NCBI GenBank assembly: GCA_977020255.1
Contig: CDROCS010000253.1
Location: 1,364,001-1,428,000, forward strand
Length of the DNA stretch: 64,000 nt
Direction: 5' to 3'
Source: Obrimoposthia wandeli
Taxonomy: Eukaryota
In this document: piece by piece, positions 20,747 to 31,679 of the stretch
How positions within the stretch are numbered: position 1 is the first letter of the stretch
Layout of the letters: each line of letters starts with the position of its first letter
Notes under the pieces: generated by a model
Told to the model about the DNA's origin: nothing
The model's input: the letters and a program-made list of their open reading frames with translations, nothing else
Database searches by the model: none
Position numbers and translations under genes: made by a program

Positions 20747-21247
20747 ATGACAGTATTAACTATACTTACCGCACCGAATGATAAACTTATAGACCAAGCA
20801 ATACCAGTATCTGATGTAAGCAAAATTCAGGTGTTAATCGATGACTTATTCGAAACCTTGTATGATACCGAAGATGGTATTGGTTTAGCGGCAACACAAG
20901 TTGGCCGTAGTGAAGCCGTAGTGGTTATTGATATTTCAGATAATAGAGATGAGCCACTGGTGCTGGTAAACCCAGTAATAACTTATGGTGAAGAAAAAGC
21001 CAAAGGTCAAGAGGGCTGTTTATCGGTGCCCGGCTACTATGCTGATGTGGAACGTTTCACTCAGGTAACTGTTGAAGCATTAGACCGCAATGGAAAAGAG
21101 CTTACCATTACCAGTGATGAGTTTCTTGCGGTGGTGATGCAGCATGAAATAGACCATTTAAAAGGTACGTTATTTATTGACTATTTATCGCCCCTGAAAC
21201 AACAAATGGCACTCAAAAAAGTAAAGAAAACAATGAAAAATGGTTAG
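20747..21247 (+). CDS. def: Peptide deformylase
   Basis: GIGLAATQ, EGCLS, QHEIDHL motifs. Confidence 0.96.
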   Translation: MTVLTILTAPNDKLIDQAIPVSDVSKIQVLIDDLFETLYDTEDGIGLAATQVGRSEAVVVIDISDNRDEPLVLVNPVITYGEEKAKGQEGCLSVPGYYADVERFTQVTVEALDRNGKELTITSDEFLAVVMQHEIDHLKGTLFIDYLSPLKQQMALKKVKKTMKNG

Positions 21248-21268
21248 GCCAAAGACTAAAGCACAGGT

Positions 21269-21928
21269 TTGTTAATAATGATACGAGATTCGAACAAGGT
21301 GGGTAAGTTGAAAAATGAATTTAATGGCAAAATAACCCTTGCCATCACAGGTGCCTCAGGTGCTTCTTATGCTTTACGTCTTATTGAATGTTTAATCGCA
21401 GCAAACTATCAACTTTATATTTTGTGCTCAAGTGCTGGTCGTATTGTCTTAGATACTGAAACTGGAGTTAAAATTCCTGGCTCTCCTGATGCCGCTAGTA
21501 AATTTCTCACCGAAAAATATCAAGCCAAAGACCAACAAATAACGGTTTTTGGTAAAGAACAATGGTTCTCTCCCGTGGCTTCGGGTTCTTCAGCACCGAA
21601 AAAAATGGTTGTTTGTCCGTGTTCTACCGGAACACTGGCAGCTATTTGTCATGGTATGAGTGATAACTTAGTTGAACGTGCTGCGGATGTGGTGATCAAA
21701 GAGCGTGGGCAATTAATTTTAATGGTAAGGGAAACACCTTTTTCAACGTTACATTTACAGAATATGCTTAGCTTATCCCAGCAAGGAGTCACCATTATGC
21801 CAGCTTCACCAGGGTTTTATCATAAGGCTGAGACAATTGAAGACCTTATTGATTTTATGGTTGGTAGAGTATTAGATCATCTTGGTATTGAGCAAGATAT
21901 TATGCCGCGTTGGGGTTATAACATTTAA
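21269..21928 (+). CDS. ubiX: Flavin prenyltransferase UbiX (likely TTG start at 21308)
   Basis: [36 protein letters not shown]. Confidence 0.95.
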   Translation: MLIMIRDSNKVGKLKNEFNGKITLAITGASGASYALRLIECLIAANYQLYILCSSAGRIVLDTETGVKIPGSPDAASKFLTEKYQAKDQQITVFGKEQWFSPVASGSSAPKKMVVCPCSTGTLAAICHGMSDNLVERAADVVIKERGQLILMVRETPFSTLHLQNMLSLSQQGVTIMPASPGFYHKAETIEDLIDFMVGRVLDHLGIEQDIMPRWGYNI

Positions 21929-21958
21929 ACGTTAATCGTGAATTAATCTTTGGAATAC

Positions 21959-21984
21959 AAAAAAAGCGACAACTGTCGCTTTTT
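21959..21984. terminator. Bidirectional terminator between ubiX and cheX
   Basis: A7-GCGACA-ac-TGTCGC-T5. Confidence 0.85.
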
Positions 21985-22028
21985 GATGAATAAATTACAT
22001 ATGTTAAAGACATAAAGATTTATTTGCT

Positions 22029-22493
22029 TTACTCATCAAAACTGAATTCAATATAAGCTCTACCTAATTCATTTTTGAGTGGAATAATGACGATAGGGCC
22101 TTTAGCTTTATGATGAATAGAATGGTTTGGTCCCGAAACAACAATAGGGGTTGCCATATCAAACTCAAAGCCCTTTTCACTCAGCATACGTTTTGCGCCG
22201 CCGGTAACCATATTTGTTATTTCACCGACTAAATCAATAATTTCATCATTGACTTCATCAGGTGATTCACCGACCATATTTTTCATTGTCGCTAATGCTA
22301 AGCCTCCCTCAAAGGTAATGGATAATGAACCCTTTGCTTGATCACTAACCATACCAATTAAACCTGAAACATCACCCATGGCGACTTCATTTTTCTTAAG
22401 ACGTGGCTTTTCTGGAATTAATTCCATTTGAGCCATCGTTGACATCACATTAAGCATTGAGGATAAAAATGGATTGATAAACTCTACATTCAT
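22029..22493 (-). CDS. cheX: Chemotaxis phosphatase CheX
   Basis: MNVEFINPFL, DVSGLIGM, GEITNMVTGGAK. Confidence 0.93.
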   Translation of the reverse strand: MNVEFINPFLSSMLNVMSTMAQMELIPEKPRLKKNEVAMGDVSGLIGMVSDQAKGSLSITFEGGLALATMKNMVGESPDEVNDEIIDLVGEITNMVTGGAKRMLSEKGFEFDMATPIVVSGPNHSIHHKAKGPIVIIPLKNELGRAYIEFSFDE

Positions 22494-22618
22494 GAAAATT
22501 CCGAATCGTAACTGTTTAGATAAAGTGCATTATTTGATTTTGCATGCTTATTTTACAAATGTAAATCAAATAGCGTGATAGTTTTATAATTTATAGTATT
22601 AAGTGCTTGGTAGTTTCA

Positions 22619-23143
22619 TTATTGGCTAATGTTTGGAGTGATAACTGCTTCTTTAGTTCTGTAGTCAAAAGTTAAGCTGCCAAAAAGCGCTTTACCTTGA
22701 AGATCTATACCTTGAAAGTTAACCGTATTCACTTGCTTAGGATAAGTATTGGTGAGTATTGTATTTTTTACCACTATTTGCGTTAATAAACTCCGCTGTT
22801 TACTTTCTTGGTAAACGATTATTTTTCCTGAAGTTACTTCAAAGCCTAACCACATTAGTGGGATTTTCACTTGATTTTTTTCTAATGAAAAGTGTTGTTC
22901 AAAATATTGCTGGATATATAAACCGTATTTTTTATGTTCAACTGAAAAGTGCACCTGTTTACTTTCAGCGATAGCATTTTCTATATCATGGCTAGTAAAT
23001 TGATGTACTATTTCAAGATGGTTAGTTTTAGGGTTAATAGTTAAGTCACTAATCCCAAAAAAATAGGTGTGACCTGTAGCCGTAGCTACAAGTCCCATGT
23101 AAAAGCTGGTAGCAATGAAATATTTGCTAAACACTTTACTCAT
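22619..23143 (-). CDS. Secreted DUF6702-like protein coupled to the M1 peptidase
   Basis: Signal peptide then HTYFFGISD, HQFTSHDIE; start abuts the peptidase stop. Confidence 0.65.
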   Translation of the reverse strand: MSKVFSKYFIATSFYMGLVATATGHTYFFGISDLTINPKTNHLEIVHQFTSHDIENAIAESKQVHFSVEHKKYGLYIQQYFEQHFSLEKNQVKIPLMWLGFEVTSGKIIVYQESKQRSLLTQIVVKNTILTNTYPKQVNTVNFQGIDLQGKALFGSLTFDYRTKEAVITPNISQ

Positions 23144-25521
23144 TATTGGCCTTCTTCTTTGTGCTCTTTTTCGCCGTTTATTTGCTTAGCAGAGATATCT
23201 TTAAGCGCTTCCTTATAATCACGCATCATATCTTTTTTCTTTGCTTTATAAAGATCAAAACGAGATTGAATCGGTCGTGCTGGCCAGTAGTTATTATTAA
23301 TGTTTACGTCAGCTGTTTGCCAATTGGCATCTAGCGCAATTTCAGTTATTTCTTTATTACGAATTAATAATTTAGAGACGTTTTTACTGTTTTTTCGCCA
23401 AATTTCAGCGGGAATATAAATATGCTCAGTTGTGCTATCAGCATAAGCAATATCGAGTAAAATTGGCATAATTAAACCACCATGATTAGAAAAATCGATT
23501 ACATAGAATTTGCTATCATTAGTTAATAAGTCTTTTTGCCATGGTTTTAGCTCTTCGTGCTCTTCATTATATTTATTGCGATCGGCATTGGTGGTAGTAA
23601 ATTTATCATGTTCATTATAAAAATCTAATAACTCAGGCTTGTCTTGAGTACGGGTCCATTGACCCTTATTACGCAAATCACTGATAAAGTCAGGTTGTTC
23701 ATTATCTAGTGCACGTTCCCAGGCTTCTTCCACATCAGGGTTTTGGCTATTTGGGCGATATAAATAGACATTATCAATAGCTAAATCAACGTGATCAGTG
23801 GTGTAGAACCAACCACGCCAGAACCAATCTAAATCTACGGCCGAAGCATCTTCCATAGTACGGAAAAAATCAGCTGGCGTAGGACGTTTGAACTTCCAAC
23901 GTTGAGCATATTCTTTAAAAGCAAAGTCAAACAATTCACGGCCCATGATCGTTTCACGTAAAATATTTAATGCTGTTGCTGGCTTTCCGTAAGCGTTATT
24001 ACCAAACTGCAAAATAGACTCTGAGTTAGTCATAATGGGTACTTGATTGTTACTTTTCATATAACTGGTAATCTTCGTGGCATGACCACGGCGAGAGGGG
24101 TAACCTTCTTCCCAAGCCTGCTCTGCAAGGAATTGTAAAAAGGTATTCAATCCCTCGTCCATCCAAGTCCACTGACGCTCATCAGAGTTGACTATCATAG
24201 GAAAATAATTGTGACCTACTTCATGAATAATAACACCAACTAAACCGTATTTAGTACTACGTGAGTAGGTTTTTTCGCCAGTCTTTTTATTAAGTGTTGG
24301 TCGAGGACCATTGAAAGTAATCATCGGATATTCCATACCACCGACCGGACCGTTAACTGAAATAGAAACAGGATAAGGATAATCAAAAGTATATTTACTG
24401 TATTGTTCCATCGTATGGATTATAGCTTCTGTTGAGTATTTCTCCCAAAGCGGATTACCTTCATTAGGGTAAAATGACATGGCCATAGTATCGCTATCAC
24501 CTTGCTGATAACCTTGCGCGTCCCAGATGAACTTTCGACTTGAAGCAAAGGCAAAGTCACGAATTTTTTTAGCTTTAAAGTGCCATGTTTTTGTCTTACT
24601 GCTACGTGACTTTTCATTATCTAATGCTTCTGCAGGCGTAATGATTAATACAGGTTTCTTAGCTTTTCGTGCTTGTTTTAAACGTTTTCGTTGCACGCTA
24701 GTGAGTACTTTACTTTCATTTTGTAAAACACCAGTAGCAGCCACAACGTGATCAGCAGGTACGGTAATTTTTACATCGTAGTCACCAAACTCTAAGGTGA
24801 ACTCTCCATTACCCAAAAATTGTTTGTTTTGCCACCCCATGACATCGTAATAAGCCGCAGCTCTTGGAAACCAACTCGCAATCTCATAAAGGTAGTTATC
24901 ATCTTCTTTAAAGTATTCATAACCAGAACGACCACCAAGCACTTTTTGCTCGTGTAGTTGATAATGCCAATTAATATTTATTTCAACACTGCTACCCGAT
25001 TTTAATGGCTTAGGTAGGTCAACACGCATCATAGTGCCATTGATAACATAATGTAGTGGCTTACCATTACTTGCCGTTACTTTGGTGATTCCATAACCAC
25101 CATCGAATACAGGTGATTCAACCAAAGAACGAAAACTATCAAAAGTGACTTTCTCTTTGCTTGGTGCAGTACTTGTCATCTTGTAAGCAGAATCACGCTT
25201 CATGCGGTTTTGGTCTAGCTGTAGCCATAAATAGCGCAAGGTGTCGGGAGAATTGTTTTGATAGTCCATTACTTGTGCGCCAGTTAAACGCTGAGTTTTG
25301 TCATCAATGGCAATGGAAATGTCATAATCAACTTGTTGCTGCCAATACTTATGACCTGGCGCGCCAGAGGCGGTACGATAAATATTTGGCGTAGGTAAAA
25401 CTTCTTCTAATTGACGAAATTTATCATCAAAGGCTGCTTTACTTGCCTGGCTATCGGCTGATAGTAAGCTAGAAAAAGCCAGTGCTAGGCCAATTAAGGC
25501 TGTAGAGGTTGAATATTTCAT
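23143..25521 (-). CDS. Secreted M1-family zinc aminopeptidase
   Basis: GGMEYPM exopeptidase motif, HEVGH-N18-E zinc motif, signal peptide. Confidence 0.92.
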   Translation of the reverse strand: MKYSTSTALIGLALAFSSLLSADSQASKAAFDDKFRQLEEVLPTPNIYRTASGAPGHKYWQQQVDYDISIAIDDKTQRLTGAQVMDYQNNSPDTLRYLWLQLDQNRMKRDSAYKMTSTAPSKEKVTFDSFRSLVESPVFDGGYGITKVTASNGKPLHYVINGTMMRVDLPKPLKSGSSVEININWHYQLHEQKVLGGRSGYEYFKEDDNYLYEIASWFPRAAAYYDVMGWQNKQFLGNGEFTLEFGDYDVKITVPADHVVAATGVLQNESKVLTSVQRKRLKQARKAKKPVLIITPAEALDNEKSRSSKTKTWHFKAKKIRDFAFASSRKFIWDAQGYQQGDSDTMAMSFYPNEGNPLWEKYSTEAIIHTMEQYSKYTFDYPYPVSISVNGPVGGMEYPMITFNGPRPTLNKKTGEKTYSRSTKYGLVGVIIHEVGHNYFPMIVNSDERQWTWMDEGLNTFLQFLAEQAWEEGYPSRRGHATKITSYMKSNNQVPIMTNSESILQFGNNAYGKPATALNILRETIMGRELFDFAFKEYAQRWKFKRPTPADFFRTMEDASAVDLDWFWRGWFYTTDHVDLAIDNVYLYRPNSQNPDVEEAWERALDNEQPDFISDLRNKGQWTRTQDKPELLDFYNEHDKFTTTNADRNKYNEEHEELKPWQKDLLTNDSKFYVIDFSNHGGLIMPILLDIAYADSTTEHIYIPAEIWRKNSKNVSKLLIRNKEITEIALDANWQTADVNINNNYWPARPIQSRFDLYKAKKKDMMRDYKEALKDISAKQINGEKEHKEEGQ

Positions 25522-25662
25522 AATTTTCCAAGGTAGGGGAGGGATACGTTTTTATAGAAGGTATACAATATTTAATACTGATCTGGGATTTATACCACAA
25601 TCAGAAACGCCTTGTTATTTACAAGACGAAAATTTGCGGTAGAAAGCAGTATTAATAAGATT

Positions 25663-25688
25663 AACGGGTATATACCAATCTGTATAAG
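25663..25688. repeat. Back-to-back ends of two MITE families sharing a TATA
   Basis: AACGGGTATA (ERIC-like end) overlapping TATACCAATCTGTATAAG (IS4-IR-like end). Confidence 0.45.
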
Positions 25689-25728
25689 AAGGTATTCACT
25701 TCTTTATTCAGAACGGAATTAAATGAAA

Positions 25729-26169
25729 TTAAACTTTATTGCAGTTTTTACAGCGGCCATGGGCTTCAACTATTTGATGACTAATGGTAAAACCATTAGC
25801 ATCGGCCATTGTACGTAAAGCTAAATCAAAGTTATTTGATTGTATTTCTTCAACATGACCACACTCATCGCAAATCAATAATTGCACAGGATGATTACAT
25901 TCACCAAAATGGTGACACATGATAAAGGCATTAATTGATTCTATTTTATGAACAAAACCCTGCTTAGATAAAAAATCTAACGCACGATAAATGGTAGCAG
26001 GCTTAGCAGCAGCATCTAACTCTTTTAGTTCAGCTAATAAATCATAAGCGCCAACGGCCCCTTGACGGTTAGCTAACAATAAAAAAACTTGTTCTCTAAC
26101 TTTAGTAAAACGCGCGCCTTTTTTTTGGCAAACGAGTTGTGCTTGTTGTAATAAAGATTCTGCCGTCAT
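25729..26169 (-). CDS. zur: Zinc uptake regulator Zur (Fur family)
   Basis: YRALDFL, HKIESINAF.MC, CDECG and CKNC motifs. Confidence 0.9.
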   Translation of the reverse strand: MTAESLLQQAQLVCQKKGARFTKVREQVFLLLANRQGAVGAYDLLAELKELDAAAKPATIYRALDFLSKQGFVHKIESINAFIMCHHFGECNHPVQLLICDECGHVEEIQSNNFDLALRTMADANGFTISHQIVEAHGRCKNCNKV

Positions 26170-26412
26170 GGTCTATTCGTTTTTTGGTCTAAGAACGTAT
26201 AATTTTCCCAGTGTAACATAGCTCTTTATCCGCGCGTAAATATTTTTAACGTAGCCGAATCATATAGCTAGTATGGCTTGTCGGTGAGTGTCTAAATGCG
26301 GAATTATAAACCATTCGCCATTTATTTAACCTTACCTTACAATGACGTTTAACCGTAAAAAGACAGCGCTGTTTTTTAATTATCTGACTATAAATGTTGC
26401 TAGGAAATTCAC

Positions 26413-27489
26413 ATGACTCGTTATCTTGCGCTCGATGCTTTTAGAGGCGTTACTATCGCTTTAATGATTTTAGTGAATACGCCGGGAGCCTGGTCGCATG
26501 TGTATGCCCCCTTATTACATGCAGAGTGGCATGGTGCAACGCCGACAGATTTAGTTTTTCCATTTTTCTTATTCATCATTGGCTCAGCCATGTTTTTCTC
26601 TTTCAAGAAAAGTAATTTCGCTGCCAACCCTGAGCAATTTAAGAAAATAATTAAACGTGGTTTTATCCTATTTTTAATTGGCTTTATGCTCAATGTTATT
26701 CCATTTACTACCAATATTGAAGATTGGCGCATTATGGGCGTGTTACAGCGAATTGGTCTTGCTTACGCGATAGCGGCTTGTTTGGTACTCACTCTTAATC
26801 GAACTGGTGTTTTCATTGCCTCAGCTGTTATTTTATTAGCTTATTGGGCATTACTGCTTAGTGTGGGAGAAGGGGCTTTAACCATTGAGGGTAATGTTAT
26901 TCGTCAGCTTGATTTAGCTGTCTTTGGTGCTAACCACATGTATAGCATGCACGGTGTTGCTTTTGAGCCTGAGGGGCTTTTAAGTACTATTCCAGCAACG
27001 GTGAATATGTTACTTGGTTTTGAATTAACGCGCTATTTAACCAGCATTGAAGATAAAAAAAATAGTGTTATTAAGCTAATACTTATTGGCGGATTAGCCA
27101 TAGCTTTCGGTGCACTATGGGGGTTAGTCTTACCTATTAATAAATCGTTATGGACACCCTCTTATGTTATTTATACCACAGGTTTTGCTTGTCTATTACT
27201 GGCGGCATTCATCTGGTTAATTGATATAATGAAACAAGTGAAATTGGCAGAGCCTTTACTGGTTTATGGCACTAACCCACTATTTGTTTATGTGTTGTCA
27301 TTTTTAGTGGTAACCGTGTACTTAACTATTAATATTGGTGATGCCTCCATATATGCTTTTTTATATAAACAGCTTATTGCAGTATTTACACCGAAATTAG
27401 CCTCTTTTATTTTTGCTTGTTCACATGTAGCTTTTTTCTGGTATGTTTCGTTAAAGCTATATCAACGTAAAATATTTATTAAAATATAA
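26413..27489 (+). CDS. NagX/HGSNAT-like (DUF5009) membrane acyltransferase or transporter
   Basis: LDAFRG.TI..MILVNTPG, HAEWHG.TPTDLVFPFFLF, MGVLQRI, PEGLLST, INKSLWT. Confidence 0.85.
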   Translation: MTRYLALDAFRGVTIALMILVNTPGAWSHVYAPLLHAEWHGATPTDLVFPFFLFIIGSAMFFSFKKSNFAANPEQFKKIIKRGFILFLIGFMLNVIPFTTNIEDWRIMGVLQRIGLAYAIAACLVLTLNRTGVFIASAVILLAYWALLLSVGEGALTIEGNVIRQLDLAVFGANHMYSMHGVAFEPEGLLSTIPATVNMLLGFELTRYLTSIEDKKNSVIKLILIGGLAIAFGALWGLVLPINKSLWTPSYVIYTTGFACLLLAAFIWLIDIMKQVKLAEPLLVYGTNPLFVYVLSFLVVTVYLTINIGDASIYAFLYKQLIAVFTPKLASFIFACSHVAFFWYVSLKLYQRKIFIKI

Positions 27490-27628
27490 GCAGCGTTTTT
27501 CCGTACTGAAATTTAATATCATGTGTAAATTAAGGCTTGAAAAGACTATCAAAAATCCTTTTTTTTGTTATGCTTATCTTATGATTGTTAATTAGAATTC
27601 ATCATGAACACAGGAGCATTTTTTACGA

Positions 27629-28984
27629 GTGAATAAAGCTAAATTAAGCCAAGATGAAAACTTGTCTTTTAAAGTCAGTCACAAGTTATCACCGCAAGAC
27701 TATCACCGTATCGACCTGTACTTCTCACTGCCAGTTGAAATGGGTATAAACCCTAGTACCTTAAACGAAGAAGAGTTTTTCCACTCGAATATTAAAAACC
27801 ATAGCGCATATCACGCTGACCAATTACATCTGCCATTAGTGAGAAGTCGTTTTATTAGCCAAAATAAAGGTGAACAAAGTGATTATCGATTAAACCTTAA
27901 TTTGTATTCCTATCAAGTTAAAAAGGCACTCGATGCGGATATCAAACAAACGTTAAAGCTAAAAGCGGCCGAAGATTTTTATCCTGCGGCGGTTGAATTG
28001 GCTGAGCAAACGTTCTCACTGACCAAAAAATTAAGACGTTATACGCCTTCTGATAAAAAGCTGAACTCATTTTTTGAAAATGCGGATAACTATTTAAGCT
28101 GGCATATAGAACAATCCTTCTTAAAATTACTGACAAAGGGCCCAAAAAGTGCTGAATTTACGGCTGAAAGAGAGCTACTGTTAAGTTTATGTCGAAGTGA
28201 AAACAATTATCGTATTGACAATAAATATAACTCACAAGTTACACTCGATGATGCTAACCGTATCACTAATAAAATGCGCCTGTTACAACGATTGATAGAA
28301 TATGGTGTGGTCTTTCAGCGGCAAACTCGCTACTTAAATGTTAACTTAAAGCGCTTTGTTCGCGGTGTTGTTACTGCCGTTATTATGGCTTTTGTTATGT
28401 TATTAGTACTTAATGCACGTACTAATTTTACCGAAGTAACGGTTGCTTTGGTGGCTTTCTTAGGACTTATTTACGGGTTACGAGAAACCTTTAAAGAAGA
28501 TTTAACTAGCTTGATATGGCGAAAAATACAAAAAGGTCGACCTAAGTGGCAAAACCTATTTACTCATAGTGTCACTAAAAAACGTGTTTTGAGCCAAATT
28601 CTATGGCTTGAATATATAAATAGCAAAGATTTACCTAAAACAGTCAACGCTATGTTTCAAAAACGCCGACAGCAAAATAAGCAGGATGCCCAATTATTAC
28701 ACTTTCGTTGCGATAATAAGGTCATGGCCAAAGCATTTTTACCTGGCTATGAGGAAATTCAGCAGCAGACATTTTTCAACTTAACACCTTTTGTTCGCTT
28801 TCTGAAGAAAGGGGCAGGGCGATTATATAGCTTGGAAGGGCAAAAAATCTCAAGCCAAGGGGTAGAACGACGTTATCAAATTAATCTAATTTTACGTCAT
28901 ATATTTCAAGGTGAAGAATCTTTACAGCGTTTTAAAATCACTTTAAATCGTTCAGAAATAGTCAATATTGAACCGATAAAATAG
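27629..28984 (+). CDS. Conserved hypothetical protein with a two-TM hairpin
   Basis: 451-aa ORF with RBS; IDLYFSLP.EMGI N-terminal motif; hydrophobic segments near residues 245-285. Confidence 0.75.
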   Translation: MNKAKLSQDENLSFKVSHKLSPQDYHRIDLYFSLPVEMGINPSTLNEEEFFHSNIKNHSAYHADQLHLPLVRSRFISQNKGEQSDYRLNLNLYSYQVKKALDADIKQTLKLKAAEDFYPAAVELAEQTFSLTKKLRRYTPSDKKLNSFFENADNYLSWHIEQSFLKLLTKGPKSAEFTAERELLLSLCRSENNYRIDNKYNSQVTLDDANRITNKMRLLQRLIEYGVVFQRQTRYLNVNLKRFVRGVVTAVIMAFVMLLVLNARTNFTEVTVALVAFLGLIYGLRETFKEDLTSLIWRKIQKGRPKWQNLFTHSVTKKRVLSQILWLEYINSKDLPKTVNAMFQKRRQQNKQDAQLLHFRCDNKVMAKAFLPGYEEIQQQTFFNLTPFVRFLKKGAGRLYSLEGQKISSQGVERRYQINLILRHIFQGEESLQRFKITLNRSEIVNIEPIK

Positions 28985-29112
28985 CTACATCGCTAAGGTA
29001 AAAGGTAAGTGCAGCCATTTGTTCCCTAAGTCAGAGGACATGACTCCATTATTGCTTGCTTTTACTGACCGTTGTCCCTACAATACGCCTCCTTAATTCA
29101 GCCTAAATTTTT

Positions 29113-29172
29113 GTTCCTTGTCTCAACTGGTGTTGGCTGTGCCAGATTATGAGACTACAACCGTAAGGAGCT
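29113..29172 (+). promoter_or_regulatory. S6:S18-binding leader RNA of the rpsF operon
   Basis: TTCCTTG pairs with TAAGGAG (SD), inner GTCTCA/TGAGAC stem, CCG just before the SD. Confidence 0.7.
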
Positions 29173-29176
29173 CGTA

Positions 29177-29608
29177 ATGCGTCATTACGAAATCGTATTT
29201 ATGGTTCACCCTGATCAGAGTGAACAAGTGTCTGGTATGATCCAGCGCTACACAGACTTGATCAATGCTGCTGAAGGCAAAATCCACCGTCTAGAAGACT
29301 GGGGCCGTCGTCAATTAGCATACCCAATCAATAAACTACATAAAGCACACTATGTTCTTATGAACATTGAAGCGCCACAAGTAGTTATTGATGAGCTTGA
29401 AACTGCTTTCCGTTATAACGATGTTGTTATTCGTAACATGATTATGCGTACTAAAGACGCGGTAACTGAAGCATCGCCAATGGCTGCTGCTAAAGAAGAG
29501 CGTCGTGACGATCGCCGTGAAGTTAAGAAAGATGTTGCTGCTGCGCCAGTTGAAGCTAAAGAAGACTCTGTTGAAGAGAAATCTGAAGAAGCTGCTAGCG
29601 AAGAATAA
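29177..29608 (+). CDS. rpsF: 30S ribosomal protein S6
   Basis: [32 protein letters not shown]. Confidence 0.99.
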   Translation: MRHYEIVFMVHPDQSEQVSGMIQRYTDLINAAEGKIHRLEDWGRRQLAYPINKLHKAHYVLMNIEAPQVVIDELETAFRYNDVVIRNMIMRTKDAVTEASPMAAAKEERRDDRREVKKDVAAAPVEAKEDSVEEKSEEAASEE

Positions 29609-29615
29609 GTAATCT

Positions 29616-29930
29616 GTGATTGTCTCGCAAGAGAATTGCCTAGTGTTGGTCGGTGAGGTGGTGAGAACCCCCAAACAGTCAACCAGCCCTGCAGGTATTA
29701 GTCATAGTCAGTTTTCAATAGACCATAAGTCTATACAAAATGAAGCTGGCATGAATCGACAAGCATTTGTCCGAATACAAGTAGTTGCTACAGGTGATTT
29801 ATCACACTTAACTCGTGAATTAATTGCGGGGAATGTAATAAAAGTGACAGGTTTTATAAATCGTCATGAATCTAGAAACGGTAATCCGCTTTTAGCATTA
29901 CATGCTCAGCAAATTGAAATGATTAATTAG
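29616..29930 (+). CDS. priB: Primosomal replication protein N
   Basis: NCLVLVG, SPAGISH, V.GFI..H; position between rpsF and rpsR. Confidence 0.9.
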   Translation: MIVSQENCLVLVGEVVRTPKQSTSPAGISHSQFSIDHKSIQNEAGMNRQAFVRIQVVATGDLSHLTRELIAGNVIKVTGFINRHESRNGNPLLALHAQQIEMIN

Positions 29931-29983
29931 GCTTTATTTACTAACAAAATAGTTAATTAAATAAAACCATATTGGAGAACTCC

Positions 29984-30211
29984 ATGTCTCGTTTTTTTAG
30001 ACGTCGTAAGTTTTGCCGCTTCACAGCGGAAGGCGCAACATCTATCGATTATAAAGATATTGCAACGTTAAAAAATTATATCACTGAAAGTGGTAAAATT
30101 GTTCCTAGCCGTATCACTGGTACTGCTGCTAAATATCAACGTCAATTAACTCGTGCTATTAAACGCGCTCGTTACTTGTCATTGTTACCATACACCGACT
30201 TACATAAGTAA
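29984..30211 (+). CDS. rpsR: 30S ribosomal protein S18
   Basis: [24 protein letters not shown]. Confidence 0.99.
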   Translation: MSRFFRRRKFCRFTAEGATSIDYKDIATLKNYITESGKIVPSRITGTAAKYQRQLTRAIKRARYLSLLPYTDLHK

Positions 30212-30228
30212 GCTAATAGGGGTTTAAA

Positions 30229-30681
30229 ATGGAAGTAATACTTCTTGATAAAATCGCCAAATTAGGCGGCCTTGGTGACAAGGTATCTGTTAAATCAGGT
30301 TATGCACGTAACTACTTATTACCACAAGGTAAAGCAGTATTTGCATCAGAAGCTAACGTTGAGCACTTTGAAGCTCGTCGTGCTGATATCGAAGCTAAAT
30401 TAGCTGACGTATTAGCAGCAGCTCAAACTCGTGCAGCGAAAGTTGTTGAATTAGCTGAAGTTACTATCGCATCAAAAGCTGGTGACGAAGGTAAATTATT
30501 CGGTTCTATTGGTACTCGTGATATCGCTGATGCGATCACTGAAGCTGGCGTTGAAGTAACGAAAGCTGAAGTACGTTTACCATTAGGTGCTATCCGTGAA
30601 ACAGGTGAATTCGAAATCGCTATTCACTTACATCACGATGTTGATACTAGCATCAAAGTTGTAGTTATCACTGAAGCATAA
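30229..30681 (+). CDS. rplI: 50S ribosomal protein L9
   Basis: [24 protein letters not shown]. Confidence 0.99.
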   Translation: MEVILLDKIAKLGGLGDKVSVKSGYARNYLLPQGKAVFASEANVEHFEARRADIEAKLADVLAAAQTRAAKVVELAEVTIASKAGDEGKLFGSIGTRDIADAITEAGVEVTKAEVRLPLGAIRETGEFEIAIHLHHDVDTSIKVVVITEA

Positions 30682-30726
30682 TTTATAACTGAGCATTTTC
30701 TTAGGTTAATGCTTAGATTATAAAAC

Positions 30727-30764
30727 AAAATACCGCATTCTCATTGAGGCTGCGGTATTTTTTT
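30727..30764 (+). terminator. Terminator of the rpsF-rplI operon
   Basis: AAAATACCGCA/TGCGGTATTTT stem plus T run. Confidence 0.85.
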
Positions 30765-30872
30765 GTCTGCGTATTGAAGTAGAAAAGCTGTAAAAATTAC
30801 TGAATGACTGAGAGTAATGAGTAATAGCACTTTTTTGCTGAGGCTTTCGTTTTCAGTTAATCAGTTAATCAG

Positions 30873-31562
30873 TTAATTTATTGGGCACTTAATAAGCTGT
30901 GCTGTTAATGGATCAAAGTTGCTAATAGCGGGGAAATTGGTAATGACACTCGCTACTTTTTTACTATCAGGGTTGGCAACCGCCAGTAAATGTTTAATAC
31001 CGTATTGTTGAGCAGATTTTAGGATCTCTATACTGTCATCAATAAATAGTGTTGAATCACAATCAAAGCCATGCTTTTCTTGAAGGCGTTGCCACAATAA
31101 CTGTGACTCTTTGGTAACACCAAAGTCATGGGTTGAGTAAAGCGTATCAAAATATTGATCTAATTGAGTTCGTTCAATTTTCAAAGATAATGATTCAGGG
31201 TGTGCATTGGTCACTAAGACTATATCTCTGCCACTTGCTCTTAACGCTAATAAAAAATCTTTCGCATCACTGCGCAATTGAATTAAATGCTGTATTTCTC
31301 GTTTGAGTTCCTTAATCGGCATTTGTGTTTGCTCAGCCCAGTAATCGAGACAATACCATTTGATAGTACCAACAACAGATAAATAATCAGCTTTGAGTTT
31401 TGCTTTGGCTGCGTCGAGTGATATCGACATTTTTTCACTATAACGTGTAGGGAGATGCTCTAGCCAAAAGTGGTTATCAAAGTGTAAATCTAAAATGGTG
31501 CCGTCCATATCAATTAAAACGGTAGAAATTTCTGACCAATTAATACTCGCCATTTTAGTCAA
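30873..31562 (-). CDS. yrfG: HAD-family GMP/IMP nucleotidase YrfG
   Basis: DMDGTILDLHFDNHFW, LVTNAHP, FIDDS. Confidence 0.92.
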   Translation of the reverse strand: MTKMASINWSEISTVLIDMDGTILDLHFDNHFWLEHLPTRYSEKMSISLDAAKAKLKADYLSVVGTIKWYCLDYWAEQTQMPIKELKREIQHLIQLRSDAKDFLLALRASGRDIVLVTNAHPESLSLKIERTQLDQYFDTLYSTHDFGVTKESQLLWQRLQEKHGFDCDSTLFIDDSIEILKSAQQYGIKHLLAVANPDSKKVASVITNFPAISNFDPLTAQLIKCPIN

Positions 31563-31679
31563 TCCTCAAAAAAACATTCAGTGTAATAAATATTAGCATT
31601 TTGCTATTCCAAAAGTATTGTTTATCGTGTCATTATAGCCATATCTAAGGAAAAATAATGAACCAATGTGGCTATAACT

